Source: Alphaproteobacteria bacterium UBA1908
Lineage (GTDB): Bacteria; Pseudomonadota; Alphaproteobacteria; Caedimonadales; UBA1908
Reading direction: 5' to 3'
NCBI GenBank assembly: GCA_002337525.1
Contig: DDGG01000031.1
Span: 18,923-82,922 of the forward strand
Length of the DNA stretch: 64,000 nucleotides
Numbering within the stretch: position 1 is the stretch's first letter; every line of letters begins with the position of its first letter. Position numbers and translations under genes: made by a program. Shown here one piece after another: positions 20,321 through 28,949 of the stretch. The notes under the pieces were generated by a model that saw only the letters and a program-made list of their open reading frames with translations, had not been told where the DNA came from and searched no databases.

Positions 20321-20524
20321 ATGCCAACTGGAACAATCAAATGGTTTAACCCCACAAAAGGCTTTGGATTTATTGTACCTGATGACGGGGATAAAGACGT
20401 TTTTGTTCACATTTCTGCTGTTGAAAAAGCAGGTCTTGGAACACTTGATGAGAATCAAAAAGTTAGCTATGAGCTTCAAGAAAGCCGTGGCCGTACGTCT
20501 GCTGTAGAATTGACGGTCGTTTAA
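20321..20524 (+). CDS. cspA: Cold-shock protein (CspA family)
   Basis: 67 aa. [31 protein letters not shown] contains the RNP1 and RNP2 motifs. Confidence 0.95.
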   Translation: MPTGTIKWFNPTKGFGFIVPDDGDKDVFVHISAVEKAGLGTLDENQKVSYELQESRGRTSAVELTVV

Positions 20525-20580
20525 GGCTACAGAACAAATAAGCTTTTCATTCGTAATGAAGGTTAAAGCTTAACAAAAAA

Positions 20581-20605
20581 GGAAGCCTTCCAGCTTCCTT
20601 TTTTT
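20581..20605 (+). terminator. Rho-independent terminator after cspA
   Basis: GGAAGC-cttcca-GCTTCC followed by TTTTTTT. An A-run precedes it, so it may act bidirectionally. Confidence 0.7.
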
Positions 20606-20740
20606 ATACCTCGTCACTTCTTTAATTTTTTTGAAGTACCGATAGCGCTCGACCCAAAGTATCTAAACCTTCAAAAGCAACGTTGATAACTCAGGAGCTA
20701 AACTTCTTTTATCGTAATAATTTGAAATGAAACAACAAAA

Positions 20741-21151
20741 ATGAGTACCATTAAAGCAACTGCGGCCGTTCTTACCGATTACTCCAGTAAAAAGACCCTT
20801 CTCAGCCTGAGGCCCCACAATAAACCGCTTGGAGGCTTTTGGGAATTTCCGGGAGGGAAAATTGAATACGGAGAAACCCCAAAAGATGCCTTATGCCGGG
20901 AATGTTATGAAGAACTTGGAATATTAATCTCTCCAAAAGACCTTCTGTTTTTGAAAGAAATCGATATCTTATATTCAAAAAATAAAGTCAACATTTTATT
21001 TTTCCAGGTTATGCGGTGGGACCAAAGACCACAGCCTAAAGAAGGCCAAAAATTAGCATGGCATACAAAAGAAACGGTTAAGAACTTAAAAACCCTTCCC
21101 CGGGTTAAAGAAATATTGAATGCAATTCAATTTGAAGAAGAGAAATTATAG
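20741..21151 (+). CDS. mutT: NUDIX hydrolase, MutT-type (deoxy)nucleoside triphosphate pyrophosphohydrolase
   Basis: 136 aa. Intact Nudix box GGKIEYGETPKDALCRECYEELGI preceded by GGFWEFPGG. Confidence 0.8.
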   Translation: MSTIKATAAVLTDYSSKKTLLSLRPHNKPLGGFWEFPGGKIEYGETPKDALCRECYEELGILISPKDLLFLKEIDILYSKNKVNILFFQVMRWDQRPQPKEGQKLAWHTKETVKNLKTLPRVKEILNAIQFEEEKL

Positions 21152-21733
21152 GTGAGAGTTATTGCAGGGTCATTAAGAGGGCGCCCTATAAAAGCCCCTG
21201 AAGTTAGAACAACACGGCCAACCCTTGACCGTGTCCGCGAATCTATTTTTAACGTCCTTGAAACCCTGCTTCAAAGAAGGGGGCTTGTCTATGAAAAACT
21301 TGCTTTTCTGGATGTTTTTGCTGGCAGTGGTGCCATGGGCATTGAATCACTTTCACGTGGTGGCATGACAGCAGGTTTTATTGAACAAAATCATCAAGCC
21401 TTTATAACTATAAAAGCCAATCTTGAACGCTTTGATTTAAACGAGAACTCCTGGTGTTACCGGCGCAATGCCTTGAAACCCGGAGATGCTCATACTCGTT
21501 ATGATGTCATTTTTCTTGACCCACCCTATGAAAAAAATATAGGGCCAAAAGCCTTATTAAGGCTGGATCAAGAACTGTGGCTGAAGAAAGAATGCCTTGT
21601 TATTCTGGAAATAAGCCAAAAAGAAAACCTTCCTTCTCTGGAAGGCTTTGACCTTTTAGAACGACGTTCTTATGGAACTGTCCAGGTTTTGTTCTTTGCG
21701 AGACAACCAGAAAATGATGAAATTCGCCCCTAG
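21152..21733 (+). CDS. rsmD: 16S rRNA (guanine966-N2)-methyltransferase RsmD
   Basis: The GTG start immediately follows the mutT stop. MRVIAGSLRGRPIKAP...TRPTLDRVRESIFN...LDVFAGSGAMGIE...FLDPPY are RsmD family motifs. Confidence 0.85.
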   Translation: MRVIAGSLRGRPIKAPEVRTTRPTLDRVRESIFNVLETLLQRRGLVYEKLAFLDVFAGSGAMGIESLSRGGMTAGFIEQNHQAFITIKANLERFDLNENSWCYRRNALKPGDAHTRYDVIFLDPPYEKNIGPKALLRLDQELWLKKECLVILEISQKENLPSLEGFDLLERRSYGTVQVLFFARQPENDEIRP

Positions 21734-23083
21734 AAAACCAGGAATCATAGAAGGAACAGCCTCTGACATAAAACCTGGAAGAGCAGGCCAGATACCCGAA
21801 AGCAGAGCCCCGGTCAACATTCCGTAAAGAGCTGTTTTTTCAGAAATGACTCTATCTGATAAAGACCATAAAACAAGGGGGCCAAAAGAGGCTCCAAGCC
21901 CTGCCCATGCATAAAAAACAAGTTCATAAATACTGGCTGTATTAGACCAGGCAAGACCTGTTGCTGCACAACAAATACTAACAATACCTCCCCGTGTAAG
22001 CCAGATTTGTTTATTTGGGGGAACATCAAAAACATCTTCTGATAAAGTAGACGCCGCCGAAATGACCTGGGAATCCAGTGTTGAAAGAGCTGCCGCAAGA
22101 ATAGCACATAAAACAATTTGAGCTAAAACTGGATCTAACAGAAATTGCGTTAACCGAACAAAAACAAGCTCGGGTTTATCAAGATCTGGTATAATTTTAT
22201 AACCGAAAACACCAACAAGGATAGCTGCAACCAGGGCAAGAGTTTGCCACGTCAACCCTATATATTTTGCTTTTCGGATGTTCTCAGGTTTATCAATTGA
22301 CATAAATTTATTCAAAACATGAGGCAAGCCGAAATATCCCAAGCCCCAGCTTGCGGAAAATAAAATTCTGGAGAACAAGCCATCGCTGGACGACTGCTCT
22401 GCAACAAGGGTCACAATGCTTTCCGATTCAGGAAGATGTTTAAAAGCAAGAACTGGGATTAAAATAAGCATCAAAAGTAGAAAAACAGCTTGAATCATGT
22501 CATTCCAGGCAACAGCTAAAAAGCCTCCCAGAAATGTATAGGCCATAATAACGACAACACCGCCAATAACGCCGGCACGATAGTCAATATCAAAAAGACT
22601 TTCAAACATACGGCCTAACCCTACAAGACCTGATGCAATGTAGGCCACAAGAAAAAAAACGCAGATTAAACTGCTTATAACTTGCAAGGACGTACGGTCT
22701 TTCGGAAGAATTGTTTGTTCCGGTAAAATAAAACGTGAGGCAAAAAAGGATGAAAGTGTTAACGATCCGTGCAATGCTGTTTTTTCACGCAGCCGAGGTG
22801 CTATATAGTGCCACGTCAAAAACATAAAAATCATCAAGGCAACAGCTGTCCACAGCTCACCACCACCATAAATATAGATAGCGGCAGGAAACCCCATAAA
22901 AAGCCATGAGCTCATATCACTGGCATGCGCAGAAAGAGCCGCGACCCAATAATTGAGATTACGATCACCAAGAACAAAACTACTGGATGTTTTTGAACGG
23001 CGATAGTAAATAAAACCAACCGTTAACAAAATAGCGAAATAAGCGATAAAAACAATATACTGCATCAAAGCATTAAAGCACAA
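21656..23083 (-). CDS. putP: Sodium:solute symporter, PutP-like (sodium/proline)
   Basis: 475 aa, about 12-13 TM. GDRNLNYWVAALSAHASDMSSWLFMGFPAAIY matches the SSF/PutP N-terminal signature. Start may be at Met7. Confidence 0.8.
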   Translation of the reverse strand: MCFNALMQYIVFIAYFAILLTVGFIYYRRSKTSSSFVLGDRNLNYWVAALSAHASDMSSWLFMGFPAAIYIYGGGELWTAVALMIFMFLTWHYIAPRLREKTALHGSLTLSSFFASRFILPEQTILPKDRTSLQVISSLICVFFLVAYIASGLVGLGRMFESLFDIDYRAGVIGGVVVIMAYTFLGGFLAVAWNDMIQAVFLLLMLILIPVLAFKHLPESESIVTLVAEQSSSDGLFSRILFSASWGLGYFGLPHVLNKFMSIDKPENIRKAKYIGLTWQTLALVAAILVGVFGYKIIPDLDKPELVFVRLTQFLLDPVLAQIVLCAILAAALSTLDSQVISAASTLSEDVFDVPPNKQIWLTRGGIVSICCAATGLAWSNTASIYELVFYAWAGLGASFGPLVLWSLSDRVISEKTALYGMLTGALLSGIWPALPGFMSEAVPSMIPGFLGANFIIFWLSRKEQNLDSSIRTSF

Positions 23084-23151
23084 AAAAATATTTCCCGCAA
23101 TAAAGCCCTATAAGTAAATCCGCTATAAACAATCCTCTTTATAAACTACCT

Positions 23152-23712
23152 TTAAACTGCCTCGTTCAAATGCGAATAGTCACGACTCTTTGATGATACC
23201 GGTAGCTCGGAAATTAAAAAGGGCCTGTTGAACTTTGTGTTCCTAAGGCCATGTTCTTTCAAAACTATTTCTTTATACGGAAACGTAATGTCGTCCTGTT
23301 TAGACTTTAGATCAAGATGCATAACTTTTTCATAAGGATACACTAAAGGCGAGTTTGTCAGTATCTGATACAAATCATTGTAAAACAATTTCCTGGCGTG
23401 ACGAACAGCCCCTTCATTCCTTTTAAGCCAGTGGTTATCACACATATTGAAAGAAATTAGACTAACCTCAATAAAATTCTCTGGCGATGAATAATGTTCA
23501 ATATAAAAATCTGAGGCAGGTGAATCTGACAAACGGTTCAAGCGACAACTACCGAAAACGCCCAGAGCAGGTTTTTCATAAGCTATATAAATGGTAGATG
23601 AAGTATCATATTGATCAACTTCCGTTTCAGAAAAATTTTTCCTGGTTTTAAAAATCCTGGCGAGTAAATCAGCCTTTTTACCCCACTGAGAAGGTTGAAT
23701 AATCGTGAACAT
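23152..23712 (-). CDS. Divergent LuxI-family (autoinducer/N-acyl synthase fold)-like protein
   Basis: 186 aa. Four collinear blocks compare with V. fischeri LuxI as I recall it: FKTRKNF vs FKQRLEW; EVDQYD vs ESDEYD; GSCRL vs GCWRL, with the same 21-residue spacing from the DxYD Asp; EVSLI vs ELSRF. Some spacers are shorter and R104 is not conserved. Needs HMM confirmation. Confidence 0.4.
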   Translation of the reverse strand: MFTIIQPSQWGKKADLLARIFKTRKNFSETEVDQYDTSSTIYIAYEKPALGVFGSCRLNRLSDSPASDFYIEHYSSPENFIEVSLISFNMCDNHWLKRNEGAVRHARKLFYNDLYQILTNSPLVYPYEKVMHLDLKSKQDDITFPYKEIVLKEHGLRNTKFNRPFLISELPVSSKSRDYSHLNEAV

Positions 23713-23775
23713 TTGAAATATCCCTGTAAAATGATGTTTTTTTATATTAATAAGCTCGTATGGAAACTAAGCATT

Positions 23776-23880
23776 CTATTCCCCACAAAAAGTTCCGTTT
23801 TGGCAATGATAGCCTGAAAATCCGGAGTAATAAAGTGCCGAACAGGCATTAAGAAAAAAGAGTGTACTGATTTTATTCAT
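23776..23880 (-). CDS. Small lipobox/Cys-containing peptide ORF (34 aa)
   Basis: My own translation: MNKISTLFFLNACSALYYSGFSGYHCQNGTFCGE. It is preceded by GGAGG with a 5-nt spacer and lies 63 nt upstream of, and co-oriented with, the LuxI-like gene. FLNAC resembles a lipobox. Below the ORF-track size cutoff. Confidence 0.3.
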   Translation of the reverse strand: MNKISTLFFLNACSALYYSGFSGYHCQNGTFCGE

Positions 23881-24044
23881 AAAAACCTCCCTGTAAAAGT
23901 AGCTTTTTAGGGACATTAAATATATAATGGCCCAGTTAATATATTAAATATAACTCATGGTATTTGATTTTTTATTTTTTGATACCATATTTGATACATA
24001 GACCGGTATTTTTTTTATGTCAACATATTTTTTCGGGTGTGCAG

Positions 24045-24479
24045 ATGTCGTCTAAGTTAACAGTAAAACTTAAAGATTTAATTGAGAAAAACGCTCTTTC
24101 TGTTCAAGGGCTTGAAAGAAAAGCAGGCCTTAAAATTCATGCTGTTCGTAACATATTGACAGGCCAGACAAAAAAACCAAGCGCTGAAACGCTTTTAGCT
24201 GTTTCTAAAGCGCTGGATTGTAGTATCAGTGACCTTCTGGATGAGGTAAGACCCAGAAATGAGAACAGAGAAACGATACAAGAAATTGTTTTCCACAAAA
24301 TTGATTTATTACAAAAAATCATTCCTGATATTATTGAGTTTCATCAACAAAATACCTTGCCATTGACAAATTGTGACTTAATGGAGGCTATTGAGCAGAT
24401 CTATACATATTCTCTTAAAAATAACAATGGAGATTATGACAGTAACTTTGCCAAATGGTTCCTTGAAAGAAAATTATAA
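24045..24479 (+). CDS. XRE-family HTH transcriptional regulator with uncharacterised C-terminal domain
   Basis: From Met28 of the track ORF: LKDLIEKNALSVQGLERKAGLKIHAVRNILTGQTKKPSAETLLAVSKALDCSISDLL is a canonical HTH_3/XRE domain. Divergent from the LuxI-like cassette. Confidence 0.75.
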   Translation: MSSKLTVKLKDLIEKNALSVQGLERKAGLKIHAVRNILTGQTKKPSAETLLAVSKALDCSISDLLDEVRPRNENRETIQEIVFHKIDLLQKIIPDIIEFHQQNTLPLTNCDLMEAIEQIYTYSLKNNNGDYDSNFAKWFLERKL

Positions 24480-24741
24480 CCTCTTTTAATTGAGTGTTAA
24501 AATTTCTGATGCTCTTTAAAGAAGAAAGCCTAAAGATAAAGGACGAGTACCATTTGAAAAGCTGTCATAAACGCAGACCTTTTAAAAAAGTGCTCCCTAT
24601 CAAAAGAGAAAGAAGCAGGGCCATTTGATGTGCGCCCCCTAAGGAGCCCCAATTAAGGGTCCAACAATGCTGTGCCCCCTTCGTAAACCTCAAGAGTAAC
24701 AGCCCTGATTCTTGTCTCCATTTTTTAGTTAAAAATTGGCC

Positions 24742-24760
24742 GGATTCGTCATTTGAATCC
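24742..24760 (-). terminator. Candidate hairpin terminator downstream of cutA
   Basis: On the minus strand GGATTC-aaatgac-GAATCC begins 5 nt after the cutA stop. The T-run (aattttt) is displaced by a few nt, so it is weak. Confidence 0.3.
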
Positions 24761-24764
24761 TTAA

Positions 24765-25076
24765 CTAACTTTCAATATAACTCTGAAACTCTTGTGTTGT
24801 CTGAACATCGGACTTTAATAAGGCCGGGCTATCATAGGGATGGTTTTCAGCCAACCACTTTATTAAAAGGTTCCCTTTGGAAAGAGACGTTTTAAAAATC
24901 AAGCCATATTCTTCTGCTTCTTTAAGATCACCTTCCCACATATAAACTGAATGAATGCAAGGAATAATATTCACACACTTGGCCAGGCTTTTTTTCACAA
25001 CATGTTTGGCCAATTTTTTGGCAGACTCTAACGAATCACATGTTGTATAAATAAGAGTTAACTGATTGTCTTTCAT
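24765..25076 (-). CDS. cutA: Divalent-cation tolerance protein CutA
   Basis: 103 aa. LIYTTCDSLESAKKLAKHVV...AKCVNIIPCIHSVYMWEGDL..EEYGLIFKT...HPYDSPALL fits the CutA1 family. Confidence 0.85.
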   Translation of the reverse strand: MKDNQLTLIYTTCDSLESAKKLAKHVVKKSLAKCVNIIPCIHSVYMWEGDLKEAEEYGLIFKTSLSKGNLLIKWLAENHPYDSPALLKSDVQTTQEFQSYIES

Positions 25077-25232
25077 TGAAAATTCCCTGTCTGAATTAAA
25101 TTTCGTGTTAATAAAGCCAGCTGCCTTACCAACTGACTTTTATACTTTATCTAATTTTATAATAATCTTGCTATCATAAAAAAAGGGCGACTTAAAAAGC
25201 CGCCCTGTAATTTTATGAATTAAATGCCTGAT

Positions 25233-26351
25233 TTAGCTGGTTTCAAGAGAAGCAAAAATTGCCTTGAACCCATAGATGCTATCATCAGTATAAAAACTGG
25301 ATCCTTCTGCAAGCCACTTTGTCAGAGAAATCGTCATGAAGCCCGGGTTGACTTCTGCAAAGCCCAATCCTGTTAAGATCCCGGTATAGTGCAAAAAACC
25401 CCCTCTAAACTTACAAGCTTCTTCCCCGGCAAATATAGCAACGGCTTCTGCAAAAGTTTTAGAGCCGGCTTGAGAAAATCCTTTCGCATTGAGGTGAATC
25501 CAGGCATGCTTGAAAAAAGCCTCCTGATGATCTCTAAAGGACGGCTCAAAATCAGGTGTTTCTGATCCTTGAAGGCCTACTCTAAAATGGAATTTTTGCG
25601 TCTCATCAGCAGTTGTAATAGCTTCCAACGCCCCTAAACCAATATCTTCAACTGCCGTACCTTTGCAAAATTTTTCAGCAAAAATTGGAAGTTTTTTTGC
25701 TAAAACTTGTAAAGACACGTTAAACTCTCTGATCGCATGTTTTTGAAGAGCAACAGGCTCTAACAGTTTCCAGGCAACAACCATATCCTTCGTTGTTTGA
25801 TCAACCAGGGAAGGCATCAAAAAGGCTTGAAGCGCCCCATACCGCAAAGCTAAAGAAATACGGAAGGACTCACCTTTAGAATAATCAACCACTTTACCCT
25901 TTGAATTAACTTTTCCTAAAGGAAAGGCTTCTTTGAATTCCCGACGATCTTTTGGAAGCTCTCTTTCAAGGATTAAAGCAGGATCTAATTTCACCGTCTG
26001 TAAAGAAGCCCCCATTCCTAGTATGCCTCCTTGTTCTTCTTTTACATCCCATTCTGATTGCAGAGCAACACAACCTGGACGAATCTGCCCCTTTTTTGCC
26101 TTATTTCCAATAGCAATGGTTTTAGAAATTCGAATACCTTCGCCAGGCTTACCAAAGGCAGGCGCAACTTTCTTTAAGTCTTGTTTTGCATCGCGTCCTG
26201 TCTTCTGATGATACGCCTGACACAATGTACGAGCAAGAGGATGCTGGTCATCAAGGATGTCAGCACCTGCTGAAGAAGAGGAAGCATAGGCTTCTGCCCC
26301 CCAAAGCGCCGCCAAAGTCGCGCAAGCGACAAACAGGTTTATTTTTTTCAT
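25233..26351 (-). CDS. Hypothetical secreted protein
   Basis: 372 aa. Signal peptide MKKINLFVACATLAALWGAEAYA. No recognisable family motifs. Confidence 0.55.
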   Translation of the reverse strand: MKKINLFVACATLAALWGAEAYASSSSAGADILDDQHPLARTLCQAYHQKTGRDAKQDLKKVAPAFGKPGEGIRISKTIAIGNKAKKGQIRPGCVALQSEWDVKEEQGGILGMGASLQTVKLDPALILERELPKDRREFKEAFPLGKVNSKGKVVDYSKGESFRISLALRYGALQAFLMPSLVDQTTKDMVVAWKLLEPVALQKHAIREFNVSLQVLAKKLPIFAEKFCKGTAVEDIGLGALEAITTADETQKFHFRVGLQGSETPDFEPSFRDHQEAFFKHAWIHLNAKGFSQAGSKTFAEAVAIFAGEEACKFRGGFLHYTGILTGLGFAEVNPGFMTISLTKWLAEGSSFYTDDSIYGFKAIFASLETS

Positions 26352-27025
26352 AGGAAGCTCCTTTTGAAATTTTAATTTTTGACAATTTTGACAATACTGA
26401 AAAAATTTATGGCACTGTGTTAACGCTTATGTCAATCGAAAAGATGACGTTAAGGATAAAAACAAGACTTTAGCGCCCCCCCTTTTGATTATCGATACTC
26501 TTTTAAGCCCAAAAAAAGAGGCTCTGCACCCTTTAAGTATTTGCAATGTATTGAAAAAATCTGAAGCATGAATTCTCCTAAGCCAGATATAAATAAAGTA
26601 CAGAGTGAAAACGAGATTCACCCCAATTTCTTCAAAGATTCTTGAATACAGTTCATTTTAGAGTTGTTAAACGCCAGATCAGAGATAATAAACACCTATA
26701 TTTTAATAATTTATAGAATAGAAAATACATTAATTTAATTCTGAAATATGAATAGATAATTTAACACCTAAATAAAGAGAGTGTTTTTTTCTATTTCAAG
26801 GGCTCTCAATTTTTAAATATTTCCCCATAAAACTATGCAAAAGAACAATTCAGAAATGGCTTTACAAAACCTAATAGTGCTCGATATCAAAACTGTCCTC
26901 ACGAAGCTCGAAATATAAAAACCAGCCCAAAAAATATATTTGGACAAAAAAAATTGAATCAAGCTTATTCTTGATTAAAGGTCTTAAGAAATGTAGTCTT
27001 TCGACAGTTTTACCCTAATTCATCA

Positions 27026-28690
27026 TTGATGATGCTGAATCGCCTTTTAAAGGGCCCTGTTGCCCTCCCTTTTTTACTGGCCATCTTAATTTGTTCGACA
27101 AGTCTTTTCTATTTTCTGGGGGGATATGGCCTTTTGGATAATAATGAAGGCCTATATGCACAAATTGGGCGCGAAATGACGAAAACAGGGAATTATATTA
27201 TTCCCTCTTTAAATGGCCTTCCCTATCTTGAAAAACCTCCCCTTTTGTACTGGCTCATATCAAGTCTTTTTCACATCTTTGGCACCAATGAAACAGCCGC
27301 AAGATGTGTCCCGGCAATGTCTGCTTTTTTAGGGTTGTTTTTTATCTATAGCCTCCTTAAAAAAGTCTTTTCCCGCATAACAGGGATAACAGCTTTCCTG
27401 ATTCTTGGAACAAGCCTTGGATATATCGCTTTTGCTCGCACTCTTTTGTTTGATATGCTTTTTACCACCTGCCTGACAGGTGCTCTTTGCTCTCTTTTCA
27501 ATCTGTGTGAAAAGAAAACTGTCAAATCTGTTCTTTCTTTTTATCTTTTTCTGGCCTTTGCTGTTCTGGCGAAAGGCTTGGTAGGCCTTGTTCTAACAGG
27601 TTTGATCTGGACCACCTATTTCCTTGTTGAAGGTCGCCGGCATATTTCATTCTGGCATCCTTTGAGCCCGACAGGTCTTGTTCTGTTCCTTACTATTACA
27701 GCACCATGGCATGTTGCAGCTCATCTTCAGGAAGACTCCTTTGCCTGGTTTTATTTTATTAATGAGCATTTTTTAAGATTCCTGGGCCAACGGGAACCCC
27801 ATGATTATTATGAAGGCCCCGTGTATTACTATACATACAGGATTTTTCTTTACTTTATTCCCTGGACACTGATTACCCCCTTTCTTATTCGCCAGAAAAT
27901 GAATTTTGAAACTTCCTCTCAACGTCGCCTTTTCTTTTTCATGACGTCTTGGTTTATAAGTGTCTTTATTTTTTTCAGCATCTCTAAAGCCAAGGCAAAT
28001 TATTACCTTGTTACACTTATGCCGCCCGCAGCAGTTTTATTCAGCCTTTATTTTAACGAGAAGCTTTCTGAGCGAACCCATCGATGGATTTATGGGACAG
28101 GTTACAGCATATTAACCCTTCTTTCCCTGATTTTCCTGGCAATCTTTGTCTTCCAGAAAATGAAAGCCCCGTTCCCTCTTTCTCTCGACATTCCACAAAA
28201 CCTATGGATGTCGGGAGTTTTGGGATTATGTATTGTCTGTATTTGTCAGATCCTGAAGAAATATAAAACAGATCTTTGGTCCGTTTTTCCCTTAAGTTCC
28301 CTGCCAATAGTCCTTCTTTTTGCAGGCACCAGAATTCTTCCTTTATATGAAGATCAACTCTCCCAAAAAAAGATGGCTCTTCAGGCTTTGCAAACAACCA
28401 AAGGGCCTTTCCTGATTTACAGGGAATACGAGGCCGTCTCGTCTCTACGTTTTTATTTGCCATCTGACCTTCGAATTGTTGATAGTATAAGCCAGGATTT
28501 ATTATTTGCCCAGCAGCAGGAACCCGCCGGCAAGCACTTTTTAACAAGAGAAATGTTTAAAGAACAGGGTGGCTTCATTTTTGTTCGAAAGAATCGGGAA
28601 GCAGAATTCATGAGTTATTTCCCAATGGCCACAAAAATTCTTGAAAGGTCCCAGGGAAAAGTCGCTCTTTATCATCTCCAGTCAAAATAG
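27026..28690 (+). CDS. ArnT/PMT-like membrane glycosyltransferase (GT39/GT83 type)
   Basis: 554 aa, polytopic. NNEGLYAQIGREMTKTGNYIIPSLNGLPYLEKPPLLYWL is the characteristic first-loop motif of ArnT/PMT_2 enzymes. Confidence 0.8.
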   Translation: MMMLNRLLKGPVALPFLLAILICSTSLFYFLGGYGLLDNNEGLYAQIGREMTKTGNYIIPSLNGLPYLEKPPLLYWLISSLFHIFGTNETAARCVPAMSAFLGLFFIYSLLKKVFSRITGITAFLILGTSLGYIAFARTLLFDMLFTTCLTGALCSLFNLCEKKTVKSVLSFYLFLAFAVLAKGLVGLVLTGLIWTTYFLVEGRRHISFWHPLSPTGLVLFLTITAPWHVAAHLQEDSFAWFYFINEHFLRFLGQREPHDYYEGPVYYYTYRIFLYFIPWTLITPFLIRQKMNFETSSQRRLFFFMTSWFISVFIFFSISKAKANYYLVTLMPPAAVLFSLYFNEKLSERTHRWIYGTGYSILTLLSLIFLAIFVFQKMKAPFPLSLDIPQNLWMSGVLGLCIVCICQILKKYKTDLWSVFPLSSLPIVLLFAGTRILPLYEDQLSQKKMALQALQTTKGPFLIYREYEAVSSLRFYLPSDLRIVDSISQDLLFAQQQEPAGKHFLTREMFKEQGGFIFVRKNREAEFMSYFPMATKILERSQGKVALYHLQSK

Positions 28691-28949
28691 TTTGTTTGAG
28701 ATCTAATCTGTCATTTTTAGAGCTTCCCAACGACAGATAAAGCAGACACTATTTCCTTGAAAGAGCTTTTTCACTTTTATGTTAAGATCCTGACGACCAT
28801 TTTACACCTTCCGGATCACAAAAAAGAGGGTCTGTATTTTGAAGGTATGTCCTCATCATTCATGAGTAAGGATTGTCGAGCGTCGGGATCCAGCTAAAAA
28901 TCTTTAATGAAACCACAAAAAGAAATCTTTGTATCCTTTTCTGGAATTA

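Noticed and set aside
24600-24720. Possible SRP (4.5S) RNA, because of an AGAAGCAGGGCC string resembling the GGAAGCAGCC helix-8 motif
   Set aside because: The partner strand and the GNAR tetraloop context (GGUCC-GGAA-GG) are absent. Neither strand folds into the conserved helix 8 by eye. It is kept only as an unexplained G+C-rich spacer in the findings.
26427-26621. 64-aa ORF in the AT-rich spacer upstream of the 372-aa secreted protein
   Set aside because: It has no Shine-Dalgarno sequence and no recognisable motif. It lies in a low-complexity AT-rich region where random ORFs of this size are expected.
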